Assembly: GCA_910588285.1 (NCBI GenBank)
Contig: CAJUQB010000014.1
Location: 263 to 64,262 of the forward strand
DNA length: 64,000 nucleotides
DNA from: an uncultured Lachnospiraceae bacterium
GTDB taxonomy: Bacteria > Bacillota > Clostridia > Lachnospirales > Lachnospiraceae
Reading direction: 5' to 3'
The notes beneath the pieces were generated by a model, which saw nothing but the letters and a program-made list of their open reading frames with translations, was not told the origin of the DNA and did no database searches. Positions 19,815-29,473 of the stretch are shown here, piece by piece. Positions within the stretch are counted from its first letter, which is position 1; every line of letters begins with the position of its first letter. A program made the translations under genes and the position numbers.

Positions 19815-20855
19815 ATGATAAAAGCAGGAATTATCGGAGCTACCGGATATGCCGGCGGGGAGCTGGTGAGGATATTATTGGGACATAAGGATGTGGAGAT
19901 TCAGTGGTATGGATCCAGGAGCTACATAGACCAGAAGTATGCACAGGTGTATCAGAATATGTTCCAGCTGGTGGAGGACAAGTGCCTGGATGATAATATA
20001 GAAGCGCTGGCGGATCAGGTGGATGTGATTTTTACGGCTACGCCGCAGGGATTTTTGGCGGGGGTTTTGACAGAAGATATTTTGAATAAGGTCAAGGTGA
20101 TTGATCTGAGCGCGGATTACCGCATTAAGGATGTGGCGGTGTATGAAAAATGGTACGGGATCCCCCATAAAAGTCCCCAGTTTATTTCGGAGGCAGTGTA
20201 TGGGCTCTGCGAGGAGAACCGGGAAGCGGTGAAGAAGGCCAGACTGGTGGCCAATCCGGGGTGTTATCCCACCTGCACCTTTTTTAGTATTGCACCTTTG
20301 GCCAAAAAGGGATATATTGATATGAGCACATTGATTGTGGATGCCAAGTCCGGCACATCAGGGGCAGGGCGGGGAGCCAAGGTGGATAATCTGTACTGTG
20401 AGGTCAATGAGAATGTGAAGGCCTACGGGGTGGCCGCCCACCGCCATACACCGGAGATTGAGGAGCAGCTGGGGTATGCGGCAGGAGAGCAGGTGGTGCT
20501 GAATTTTACCCCCCATTTGATTCCCATGAACCGGGGAATCCTGATTACGGCCTATGCTGCCGTCAAGGAGGGCGTGACGGAAGAAATGATCCGCAGCGCC
20601 TATCAGGAGGCGTATGACAAGGAGCGATTTGTGCGGTTCTTAGAGCCGGGCCTGTGCCCCCAGACCAAATGGGTGGAGGGCAGCAATTATGTGGATGTGA
20701 ACGTGGTATATGACAGCCGGACCAACCGGGTGATCATGATGGGAGCCATGGATAATGTGGTGAAGGGTGCCGCAGGGCAGGCAGTGCAGAATATGAACCT
20801 GATGTTCGGGCTGCCGGAGGAGACAGGGCTTATGCTGGTTCCCATGTTCCCTTAA
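19815..20855 (+). CDS. argC: N-acetyl-gamma-glutamyl-phosphate reductase
   Basis: The N-terminus is GIIGATGYAGGEL and the active-site Cys lies in NPGCYPT. Confidence 0.97.
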   Translation: MIKAGIIGATGYAGGELVRILLGHKDVEIQWYGSRSYIDQKYAQVYQNMFQLVEDKCLDDNIEALADQVDVIFTATPQGFLAGVLTEDILNKVKVIDLSADYRIKDVAVYEKWYGIPHKSPQFISEAVYGLCEENREAVKKARLVANPGCYPTCTFFSIAPLAKKGYIDMSTLIVDAKSGTSGAGRGAKVDNLYCEVNENVKAYGVAAHRHTPEIEEQLGYAAGEQVVLNFTPHLIPMNRGILITAYAAVKEGVTEEMIRSAYQEAYDKERFVRFLEPGLCPQTKWVEGSNYVDVNVVYDSRTNRVIMMGAMDNVVKGAAGQAVQNMNLMFGLPEETGLMLVPMFP

Positions 20856-20898
20856 GGGCTGTCAGGTTTTGATTTTCGGCTTGCAAGGATAGGAGACA

Positions 20899-21366
20899 AT
20901 GATGACAGAAGAGAGTAAGATTCAGATTCGCCCAATGGCTTTGGAGGACTATGATCAGGTGTATCGGCTGTGGAAGACGATCCGGGGATTTGCCATCCGA
21001 AGCGTGGATGATTCCAGGGAGGGGATTGAGCGGTTTTTGAGGCGCAACCCCACCACCAGTATTGTGGCAGTGTATCAGGAGGAGGTTGTGGGGGCCATTC
21101 TCTGCGGCCATGACGGCAGGCGCGGATGCTTCTACCATGTGTGTGTAAAGGAGGAGCACCGGCAGAACGGGATTGGGAAGCGGATGGCTGTGGCAGCTAT
21201 GGAGGCCCTGCGGGCAGAGCATATTTCCAAGGTGAATTTGATTGCCTTTCGCACCAATGAGGTGGGGAATCAATTTTGGAAAAGGGTCGGGTGGACCTTT
21301 CGGGAGGATTTGAATTATTATGACTTTACACTGAATGAGGAGAATCTGATTTATTTCAATCAATGA
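20899..21366 (+). CDS. GNAT-family N-acetyltransferase (155 aa)
   Basis: It carries an acetyl-CoA motif (V..EHRQNGIGKRM). It sits between argC and argJ on the same strand. Confidence 0.8.
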   Translation: MMTEESKIQIRPMALEDYDQVYRLWKTIRGFAIRSVDDSREGIERFLRRNPTTSIVAVYQEEVVGAILCGHDGRRGCFYHVCVKEEHRQNGIGKRMAVAAMEALRAEHISKVNLIAFRTNEVGNQFWKRVGWTFREDLNYYDFTLNEENLIYFNQ

Positions 21367-21443
21367 GGGCAGGCGCATATTACTCCATTATGAATGCAAT
21401 GATGTACGAGGAAACGGTTTATAAGCGATGAAAGGATAAGGAC

Positions 21444-22679
21444 ATGGATAAGAGCATGGAATATAGAGAGGGCGGCGTGACCGCAGCAAAGGGATTTCGG
21501 GCTGCGTCCTGTGAGGCGGGGATTAAGTATCAGGGGCGGAAGGATATGGCTATGATTGTCAGTGACAGTCCGGCAGTGTGCGCCGGGACATTTACGACGA
21601 ATGTTGTGAAGGCAGCGCCGGTGCAGTGGGACAAGAAACTGGTGGAGAGCCAGGAGTGCGCCAGGGCAGTGGTGGTGAATGCAGGAATTGCCAATGCCTG
21701 TACCGGAGCGGAGGGCATGGCTTACTGTGCGCAGACAGCAAAAAAGGTGGAGGAGGTGCTGGGGATTCCCAGGGATCAAGTGCTGGTGGCTTCCACCGGG
21801 GTGATTGGGATGCAGCTTCCCATACAGCGGCTGGAGGCAGGGATTGAGAAAATGAGCAATAGCCTGTCCGATACCATGAGCAGCGGCCATGAGGCAGCCT
21901 GTGCCATAATGACTACAGATACCAGGGAGAAGGAGGCGGCAGTGTCCTTTGAGGTGGGAGGCGTGACGGTGACTCTGGGAGGCATGTGCAAGGGCTCCGG
22001 AATGATCCATCCCAATATGTGCACCATGCTGGCATTTTTGACGACAGACCTGGCCATTTCCAAGGAGCTCCTGGTGGAGGCCCTCCGGGAGGACATCAAG
22101 GATACCTACAATATGATTTCCGTGGATGGAGACACCTCCACCAATGATACGGTGCTGCTTCTGGCCAACGGACAGGCGGGAAATCCGGTGATTACCGAGA
22201 AAAATGAGGAGTATGCTGCCTTTACCAGGGCGCTGCGCATGGTAAATGAGACCTTGGCCAAGAAAATGGCCGGAGACGGCGAGGGAGCTACGGCCCTCTT
22301 TGAGACAAGGGTGATCCATGCAGATACTGTGGCCAACGCCAAGGTACTGGCCAAATCAGTGATTACCTCCTCCCTGACCAAGGCGGCCATTTATGGCCAT
22401 GATGCCAACTGGGGACGGATCTTATGTGCACTTGGGTATTCCGGCGTATCGTTTGATCCGGAAAAAATTGAACTGTATTTCCAGAGCCGTTCCGGCCGGA
22501 TCCTGATCTATCAGGATGGCGTGGCCGTAGATTACAGCGAGGAGGAGGCCAGCAGGATCCTCTCAGACCCGGAAGTGACGGTGCTGGTGGATATGAAATG
22601 CGGCCAGGCCGAGGCTGCAGCCTGGGGCTGTGACCTGACCTACGACTATGTGAAGATCAATGCGGATTACCGCTCCTAG
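21444..22679 (+). CDS. argJ: ornithine acetyltransferase / N-acetylglutamate synthase ArgJ
   Basis: The self-cleavage region is NMCTMLAFLTTD and the C-terminus DLTYDYVKINADYRS is typical. Confidence 0.97.
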   Translation: MDKSMEYREGGVTAAKGFRAASCEAGIKYQGRKDMAMIVSDSPAVCAGTFTTNVVKAAPVQWDKKLVESQECARAVVVNAGIANACTGAEGMAYCAQTAKKVEEVLGIPRDQVLVASTGVIGMQLPIQRLEAGIEKMSNSLSDTMSSGHEAACAIMTTDTREKEAAVSFEVGGVTVTLGGMCKGSGMIHPNMCTMLAFLTTDLAISKELLVEALREDIKDTYNMISVDGDTSTNDTVLLLANGQAGNPVITEKNEEYAAFTRALRMVNETLAKKMAGDGEGATALFETRVIHADTVANAKVLAKSVITSSLTKAAIYGHDANWGRILCALGYSGVSFDPEKIELYFQSRSGRILIYQDGVAVDYSEEEASRILSDPEVTVLVDMKCGQAEAAAWGCDLTYDYVKINADYRS

Positions 22680-22724
22680 TATAATATATTATCATTAGCA
22701 CAATTTTCAGGAGGACAGGATAAG

Positions 22725-23630
22725 ATGGAAGAAAAGCATATGGACCAGGTGCTGGCAAAAGCGGAGGTGCTGATTGAGGCCCTTCCCTATATCCAGCGCT
22801 TTAACCGGAAAATTATCGTAGTAAAATACGGCGGCAGTGCCATGGTGGACGAGGAGCTGAAGCGCCACGTCATTCAGGATGTGACCCTTCTGAAGCTGGT
22901 GGGGTTTAAGCCCATCATCGTCCACGGCGGCGGCAAGGAGATCAGCAAATGGGTGGAAAAGTCCGGCAAGGAGCCGGAATTTGTCAATGGCCTGCGGAAA
23001 ACAGATGCCGACACCATGGAGATTGCGGAGATGGTGCTGGGGCGTGTCAATAAGTCCCTGGTACAAATGGTGCAGGAGCTGGGGGTTCTGGCTGTGGGCA
23101 TCAGCGGCAAGGACGGGGGCCTTCTGAAGGTAGACAAGAAATATTCCGACGGCCAGGACATCGGCTATGTGGGGGAGATCAAGGAGGTAAATCCCAAGAT
23201 CCTCTATGACCTGCTGGAGAAGGATTTCCTGCCCATTGTGTGCCCGGTGGGACTGGACGACAATTTTGATACCTACAATATCAATGCGGACGATGCGGCC
23301 TGCGCCATTGCCCGGGCCGTCCATGCGGAAAAGCTTGCCTTCCTCACGGACATTGAGGGAGTGTACCAGGACCCGTCGGACCCCAAAACCTTGATTTCAG
23401 AGCTGACGGTGTCTGCAGCTCAGAAGCTGATCGGGGAGGGATACATTGGCGGCGGGATGCTGCCCAAGCTGAACAACTGCATTGAGGCCATTGAAAACGG
23501 CGTGTCCAGAGTACATATCCTGGACGGGAGGATTGCCCATTGCCTATTGCTTGAGATCTTTACCAACAAGGGAATCGGAACAGCTATTCTGGGAGACGGG
23601 GAGCAGCGGTTTTATCAGGAACAGGAATAA
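22725..23630 (+). CDS. argB: acetylglutamate kinase
   Basis: It contains [13 protein letters not shown] and a NINADDAA-type motif. Confidence 0.95.
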   Translation: MEEKHMDQVLAKAEVLIEALPYIQRFNRKIIVVKYGGSAMVDEELKRHVIQDVTLLKLVGFKPIIVHGGGKEISKWVEKSGKEPEFVNGLRKTDADTMEIAEMVLGRVNKSLVQMVQELGVLAVGISGKDGGLLKVDKKYSDGQDIGYVGEIKEVNPKILYDLLEKDFLPIVCPVGLDDNFDTYNINADDAACAIARAVHAEKLAFLTDIEGVYQDPSDPKTLISELTVSAAQKLIGEGYIGGGMLPKLNNCIEAIENGVSRVHILDGRIAHCLLLEIFTNKGIGTAILGDGEQRFYQEQE

Positions 23631-23645
23631 GAAAAGGGAGTAAAC

Positions 23646-24839
23646 ATGGAAAAACAAAATTTGATGGATCGTGCCAAGCAGCATCTTCTCCATACCTATA
23701 ACCGGTATCCCATTGTGCTGGAGCGGGGAGAGGGTGTGTATCTGTACGATGTGGAAGGAAATAAATACCTTGATTTTGCGGCGGGGATTGCAGTGCAGTC
23801 CCTAGGCTATGGCAACCGGGAGCTGAATGAGGCAGTGAAGAAGCAGGTGGATACGCTGACCCACACCTCCAACCTGTTTTACAATGAGCCCATTGCCCGG
23901 GCGGCGGAGCGGGCAGTGAAGGCTGCTGGCATGGAGCGTGTATTTTTTACCAACAGCGGAACCGAGGCGATAGAGGGAGCCATCAAGGCAGCCAAAAAAT
24001 ACGCTTACACCCGGGACGGACACAGCGGCCATGAAATAATTGCCATGGAGCAATCCTTTCATGGGAGAAGCCTGGGTGCTCTGTCCGTGACAGGAAACGT
24101 CCGCTACCAGGAGCCCTTTGGGCCGCTGCTGCCGGGCGTACGGTTTGCCCGATTCAATGACCTGGATTCCGTGAAGGAGCAGATCAATGAAAAAACATGT
24201 GCCATCCTGCTGGAAACGGTGCAGGGGGAGGGGGGCATCTACCCTGCCAAGACAGAGTTTCTGGAGGGAATCCGCAGGCTCTGCGATGCCCATGACATCC
24301 TGCTGATCCTGGATGAGATCCAGTGCGGCATGGGGCGTACCGGCGCCATGTTTGCCTGGCAGCATTATGGGGTGAAGCCGGATATTATGGCCTGCGCCAA
24401 GGCCATTGGCTGCGGTGTGCCGGTGGGGGCCTTTTTCCTGACAGAGCAGGTGGCCCAAAAATCCTTAGCGCCGGGGGACCATGGCACTACCTATGGAGGC
24501 AACCCCCTGGTGGGCGCAGCAGTGGACAAGGTATTTGAGATCTTTGAGCGGGAGGATATTCCCGGCCATGCCCAAAGGATGGGCGAATACCTGGAGCAGA
24601 AGCTGGAGGAGCTGGTCAGAGAATTTGCATGTATTAAGGTGCGCCGCGGCATGGGCCTGATGCAGGGGCTTGTGCTGGAGGTGCCGGTGGGTCAGGTGGT
24701 AAAGCTCTGCCAGGAGGAAGGCCTGATTGTGATTACTGCCGGAGGTAATGTGCTGCGGATGGTGCCGCCTTTGGTGATTGAAAAGGAGCACATTGATGAG
24801 ATGGCAGAAAAGCTCCGGAAGGCATTGCAGCAGATGTAG
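23646..24839 (+). CDS. argD: acetylornithine aminotransferase
   Basis: It has class-III aminotransferase motifs (FTNSGTEA, DEIQCGMGRTG). Confidence 0.93.
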   Translation: MEKQNLMDRAKQHLLHTYNRYPIVLERGEGVYLYDVEGNKYLDFAAGIAVQSLGYGNRELNEAVKKQVDTLTHTSNLFYNEPIARAAERAVKAAGMERVFFTNSGTEAIEGAIKAAKKYAYTRDGHSGHEIIAMEQSFHGRSLGALSVTGNVRYQEPFGPLLPGVRFARFNDLDSVKEQINEKTCAILLETVQGEGGIYPAKTEFLEGIRRLCDAHDILLILDEIQCGMGRTGAMFAWQHYGVKPDIMACAKAIGCGVPVGAFFLTEQVAQKSLAPGDHGTTYGGNPLVGAAVDKVFEIFEREDIPGHAQRMGEYLEQKLEELVREFACIKVRRGMGLMQGLVLEVPVGQVVKLCQEEGLIVITAGGNVLRMVPPLVIEKEHIDEMAEKLRKALQQM

Positions 24840-24910
24840 GATGTTTTCCTCATTGCCGGCAGGAATAAAATTCCGATTATGGGAAATCCTTATATCAGGA
24901 GGGATTGCAT

Positions 24911-25342
24911 ATGATTGGAATTTTTATTGCGCTGCTTTCCGGCGCACTGATGAGCGTACAGGGGGTATTCAATACCCAGGTGACCAAGGGAACCAGCATG
25001 TGGGTGTCCAACAGCTGGGTACAGTTTTCCGCCTTTGTGATCTGCATTGTGGCCTGGTTTTTCAGTGATCGGAAAAGCTTTGGCTCCATTTTGCAGGTGG
25101 AACCGAAATATATGCTGTTCGGTGGCGTGATCGGAGCATTTATCACATATACTGTCATAAAGAGTATGGATCTACTGGGGCCGGCCCAGGCAGTCATGCT
25201 GATTGTGGTGGCTCAGCTTCTGCTGGCTTATCTGATTGAGGTCTTTGGGCTCTTTGGCGTGGAGAAGGTGAGCTTTGAGTGGCGCCGACTGTTGGGAATG
25301 GCTGTCTGCATCGGCGGAATTGTGCTGTTTAAGTGGGAATGA
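24911..25342 (+). CDS. DMT-superfamily small membrane protein (YdcZ/DUF606-like)
   Basis: It has four or five TM segments. The ATG at 24911 lies about 8 nt after CAGGAGGG; the track start at 24905 is a TTG. Confidence 0.7.
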   Translation: MIGIFIALLSGALMSVQGVFNTQVTKGTSMWVSNSWVQFSAFVICIVAWFFSDRKSFGSILQVEPKYMLFGGVIGAFITYTVIKSMDLLGPAQAVMLIVVAQLLLAYLIEVFGLFGVEKVSFEWRRLLGMAVCIGGIVLFKWE

Positions 25343-25447
25343 AAAATTTCCGAAATACTCTTGTAAAATTTGGCAATTTTAGATACAATAGGTGCAGACA
25401 CAGGAAAGACGTTTCAGCAGGGGTTCTGTTCCGGAGAGGAGCAGGAC

Positions 25448-26272
25448 ATGAAAAGAGAAGAAACAAATCATTGGAACAGATTCGGGATAACAGGGAAAGC
25501 AGGGATAGGCTGTCTCGTGACAGCCTGCTGTTTTATGCTGTTTTGCGGCTGTGGAGCCGGGCAGCCTGCATTTATCCTGGAGGAGGAAGCCGGTACAGGC
25601 CAGGCAGAGCATACGGAGCTGTCCGAGGAAGCCGGGGACGGTGACAGGCAGGAATCCGGAGCCGGCAGTACAGGCACAGGGCCGGTAGGAGCTGGCAGGT
25701 CAGGAACAGAGGAATCCGGAGCCGGCAGTACAGGCGCAGATTCGGTAGGAGCCGGCAGGTCAGGAACAGAGGAATCCGGAGCCGGCAGTACAGGCGCAGG
25801 TCCGATAGGAGCCGGCAGGTCAGGAACAGAGGCAACCGGAGACGGCCTGCAGCAGGAGCTGATTTATGTGCAGGTATCCGGCGCAGTGGTGAAACCGGGG
25901 GTCTACCAGGTGCCTGCAGGCAGCCGGGTATTTGTGGCAGTGGAGCTGGCCGGCGGCCTTACCCCGGAGGCAGATGAGGGCAGTCTGAACCAGGCACAGG
26001 CCTTAAGCGACGGGCAGCAGGTCTATGTATACGCGCTGGGAGAAGAGTATGACAGGCCGGGGGATGTCCAGGCAGCCGACGGGCGGGTGAACCTAAATAC
26101 CGCCACAGCGGAGGAGCTGATGAGCCTGCCGGGAATCGGCCAGGCCAAGGCGGACAGTATCATTTCCTATCGGGAGAGCAGCGGCGGCTTTCAGGCGATC
26201 GAGGATCTGATGAAGATAGAAGGGATCAAGGAAGGGGTCTTTTCCAAAATAAAAGACCGCATCAGAATATAA
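25448..26272 (+). CDS. comEA: competence DNA receptor ComEA (SLBB + helix-hairpin-helix)
   Basis: It has a TM anchor, an SLBB segment (IYVQVSGAVVKPGVY) and an HhH motif (LNTATAEELMSLPGIGQAKADSII). I chose the start at MKREE with a GGAG RBS. Confidence 0.9.
   Translation: MKREETNHWNRFGITGKAGIGCLVTACCFMLFCGCGAGQPAFILEEEAGTGQAEHTELSEEAGDGDRQESGAGSTGTGPVGAGRSGTEESGAGSTGADSVGAGRSGTEESGAGSTGAGPIGAGRSGTEATGDGLQQELIYVQVSGAVVKPGVYQVPAGSRVFVAVELAGGLTPEADEGSLNQAQALSDGQQVYVYALGEEYDRPGDVQAADGRVNLNTATAEELMSLPGIGQAKADSIISYRESSGGFQAIEDLMKIEGIKEGVFSKIKDRIRI
25652..25831 (+). repeat. 3 x 60-nt in-frame tandem repeat (ESGAGSTGxxxxGAGRSGTE)
   Basis: The units are 25652-25711, 25712-25771 and 25772-25831 and are near-identical. 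Confidence 0.95.
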
Positions 26273-26343
26273 TAACTAGTTGAGGTTTAAGTCCCATGGG
26301 GGATACCTCTATGTCCGGGGTTCCGGGCAAAAAGGAGGAGAAC

Positions 26344-27033
26344 ATGGCAAAAAAGGTTCTTGTGGTTGACGATGAAAAATTAATCGTAAAGGGAATCCGA
26401 TTCAGTCTGGAGCAGGACGGCATGGAGGTAGACTGTGCCTATGACGGCGAGGAAGCGCTGCGCCTGGCAAAGGAGAGTTCCTACGATATGATTTTGCTGG
26501 ACATTATGCTGCCGAAAATGGACGGCTTTGAGGTGTGCCAGCAGATTCGTGAATTTTCCCAGGTTCCCATTGTGATGCTGACGGCCAAGGGAGATGATAT
26601 GGATAAGATTCTGGGATTGGAATACGGCGCGGATGATTACATAACCAAGCCCTTCAATATCCTGGAGGTAAAGGCGCGGATCAAGGCCATTATGCGGCGT
26701 ACCGCCCAGAGCCAGCCCAAGGAGCCGGAGAGCACCCTGCTCAAGGAGGGGGATCTGAAGCTGGATCATGAGAACCGCAGGCTGTATGTTTTGGAGAAGG
26801 AGGTCAATCTGACCGCCAAGGAATTTGACCTGCTGGAGCTGCTGGTGACCAATCCCAGCAAGGTATACAGCAGGGAGAACCTTTTGAAGCTGATCTGGGG
26901 CTACGAGTATCCGGGGGATGTGCGGACTGTGGATGTGCATGTGCGCCGTCTCCGTGAGAAGATTGAGGCCAATCCCAGTGAACCAAAGTACGTACATACC
27001 AAATGGGGTGTGGGGTACTACTATCAGAGCTGA
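26344..27033 (+). CDS. OmpR/WalR-like response regulator
   Basis: MAKKVLVVDDE begins after AAGGAGGAG. It also shows DMILLDIMLP, MLTAKG and a winged helix (KWGVGYY). Confidence 0.92.
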   Translation: MAKKVLVVDDEKLIVKGIRFSLEQDGMEVDCAYDGEEALRLAKESSYDMILLDIMLPKMDGFEVCQQIREFSQVPIVMLTAKGDDMDKILGLEYGADDYITKPFNILEVKARIKAIMRRTAQSQPKEPESTLLKEGDLKLDHENRRLYVLEKEVNLTAKEFDLLELLVTNPSKVYSRENLLKLIWGYEYPGDVRTVDVHVRRLREKIEANPSEPKYVHTKWGVGYYYQS

Positions 27034-27047
27034 CAAAGGTGTGGAAC

Positions 27048-28466
27048 ATGAAGCGATTGAAATTTTTGAAAAGTCTGAAATTTCGTTTATTTCTTTTATT
27101 ACTTGCATTTGGAATCCTCCCCAATATTGTGCTTCGGGCGGGGCTGCTGAAGAGCTATGAGAACCGTGCAGTTGCCAACCGGAGCATTGATATCTTAAGT
27201 CAGGCCAAGATCCTTGGAACCCAGATTGTAAATAATGATTATCTGAACCAGACGGATTCGGAGATTATAGGCGCCCAGCTGGAGCAGCTTTCCAGCATTT
27301 ATGACGGGCGCGTATTGGTGGTGAATTCCGGCTTCCAGATCGTGAAGGATACATATAATTTGGATACCGGCAGGACCATTATTTCCGAGGAGGTGGTGAA
27401 GAGCTTCAAGGGAGAGGAGATTTCCAAGCACGATTTTCGGAACCGCTATATTGAGATGACCATCCCCCTGACAGACAATAAGACCAAGGCGATTTTGGGG
27501 GTCATGCTGGTCTCTGTGTCCACGGACAGCATTGTTGACAACAGTGAATATTTGGCCGGGAATGCCCTGGTGATTGAGATTGCCAACGGTATTTTGGTGG
27601 CCGCTCTGGCAGTGCTGTGCTCCATCCTTCTGGTGGGGCCCTTTGGGCGCATGACAAAATCCATTGACGAGATCCAGTCCAGTGAGCGGGAGGAGGCTCT
27701 TTCTATCTCTGATTATGCGGAGACAGAGTCAATCTCCCATGCCTTTAACCAGATGATCAAGCGGATGCGGGTCATTGACCAGTCCCGGCAGGAATTTGTG
27801 TCCAATGTATCCCATGAGCTGAAAACGCCGCTGACATCCATGAAGGTGCTGGCAGATTCCCTGCTGGGACAGGAGGAGGTTCCGGCAGAGCTCTATAAGG
27901 AATTTATGACAGATATTGCAGAGGAAATTGAGCGGGAGAATAAGATCATCAATGACCTGCTTTCTCTGGTGAAGATGGATAAATCCTCCGGCGACCTGAA
28001 TGTGGAGCCCGTGAATATCAATGAGCTGCTGGAGCTGATTCTTAGGCGTTTAAAGCCCATTGCAGAAAAGAAGGATGTGGAGCTGGTGCTGGAGAGCTTC
28101 CGGCCGGTGACGGCTGAGATTGACGAGGTGAAGCTGACCCTGGCCCTGACCAACCTGGTGGAGAATGCAATTAAGTATAACAAGGAAAGCGGCTGGGTGC
28201 ATGTATCCCTCAATGCGGATCACAAATATTTCTTTGTGCGGGTGGAGGATTCCGGGATCGGAATTCCGGAGGATTCCCTGGAACATATTTATGAGCGTTT
28301 TTACCGGGTGGATAAGTCCCATTCCAGAGAGATCGGAGGAACCGGACTGGGACTGGCCATCACCAGGAGCGCGATTCTGATGCATCGGGGCGCCATTAAG
28401 GTGCACAGCCGTGAAGGCGACGGGACGATTTTCACAGTCCGTATTCCGCTGAATTATATGGCATAG
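27048..28466 (+). CDS. sensor histidine kinase (2 TM, extracytoplasmic loop, HAMP, HisKA, HATPase)
   Basis: The H-box is SHELKTPLT, the N-box is NLVENAIKYN, and the G-boxes are DSGIGIP and GGTGLGLAI. Confidence 0.92.
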   Translation: MKRLKFLKSLKFRLFLLLLAFGILPNIVLRAGLLKSYENRAVANRSIDILSQAKILGTQIVNNDYLNQTDSEIIGAQLEQLSSIYDGRVLVVNSGFQIVKDTYNLDTGRTIISEEVVKSFKGEEISKHDFRNRYIEMTIPLTDNKTKAILGVMLVSVSTDSIVDNSEYLAGNALVIEIANGILVAALAVLCSILLVGPFGRMTKSIDEIQSSEREEALSISDYAETESISHAFNQMIKRMRVIDQSRQEFVSNVSHELKTPLTSMKVLADSLLGQEEVPAELYKEFMTDIAEEIERENKIINDLLSLVKMDKSSGDLNVEPVNINELLELILRRLKPIAEKKDVELVLESFRPVTAEIDEVKLTLALTNLVENAIKYNKESGWVHVSLNADHKYFFVRVEDSGIGIPEDSLEHIYERFYRVDKSHSREIGGTGLGLAITRSAILMHRGAIKVHSREGDGTIFTVRIPLNYMA

Positions 28467-28483
28467 GAGGAGAACATGAAAAC

Positions 28484-29434
28484 ATGAAAACAGGAATCAA
28501 AACAATACTGGTTGGAATCCTTTTGCTGCTCCTGCTTGCCTCTGCGGGCTGCGCAAGGCGCAGGGATCCCAAGGACGGCTATGTGCTCTTTTATGTCAAT
28601 AAAGAAGGGACAAAAACAGTCTATGTTCCCTATGAGCCCGAGAAGGAAGTGGATTCCATGAGCACCCGGGAAATGATCGAGGACATGCTGGCAAAGCTCG
28701 GGGAGAATCCGGAGAGCTTGGAATATAAACGTCCCCTGGCCGGGGATATTCAGCTGATGTCCTATAAGCTGGAGGGAGGACAGCTTCAGCTGACCTTCAG
28801 CAGCGATTACAGCCAGATGGATAATGTGACGGAGGTCTTATGCCGGGCATCCTATGTGCGGACGCTGATGCAGGTGAAGGGGGTGGAGAATATTTCCTTT
28901 TATGTAGGGGACACGCCTCTTTTGGACGCAAAGGGCAATCCGGTTGGGATTATGACGGCAGAGAGCTTTATTGAGAACCCGGGAGAGCAGATCAATTCCA
29001 TACAGACGGCAAAGATCACCCTGTATTTTGCCAACGCAAAGGGGGACGGCCTGGTGTCGGAGGTTCAGGAATGCCATTATAACAGCAACATTTCCATGGA
29101 GAAGCTGGTAATGGAGCGGCTGCTGATAGGCCCCCTGGGCAATGAGGGAAGGGCTACCATACCCACAGGGACAAAGCTGGTGAGCGTGTCCGTGCTGGAC
29201 GGCGTCTGCTTTGTGAACCTGGACAATGGGTTTTTAAATCAAAATTATGACATTGAAGAAGGTGTAGTGATTTATTCCATTGTAAATTCCCTGGCAGAGC
29301 TTCCCAATGTGAATAAGGTGCAGCTTTCTGTCAACGGAGACACCAGCATTACCTACCGGGAGAGCTTTTCCCTTGGGACCGTGTATGAGCGGAATCTGGA
29401 TTATGTGAATGCATCCGAAAGCAGCGGGCAGTAA
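28484..29434 (+). CDS. GerMN-domain lipoprotein
   Basis: It has a lipobox (LLASAGC) and two GerMN-like halves. It starts 18 nt after the kinase stop. Confidence 0.75.
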   Translation: MKTGIKTILVGILLLLLLASAGCARRRDPKDGYVLFYVNKEGTKTVYVPYEPEKEVDSMSTREMIEDMLAKLGENPESLEYKRPLAGDIQLMSYKLEGGQLQLTFSSDYSQMDNVTEVLCRASYVRTLMQVKGVENISFYVGDTPLLDAKGNPVGIMTAESFIENPGEQINSIQTAKITLYFANAKGDGLVSEVQECHYNSNISMEKLVMERLLIGPLGNEGRATIPTGTKLVSVSVLDGVCFVNLDNGFLNQNYDIEEGVVIYSIVNSLAELPNVNKVQLSVNGDTSITYRESFSLGTVYERNLDYVNASESSGQ

Positions 29435-29473
29435 ATAAAGAGAGACGAACAATCAGGCTGGGAAGGAGTGTGC

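Noticed and set aside
24778-25068. A 96-aa ORF spanning the argD end and the DMT gene start, and the 25333-25644 ORF.
   Set aside because: They are out-of-frame overlaps with well-supported neighbours and have no RBS.
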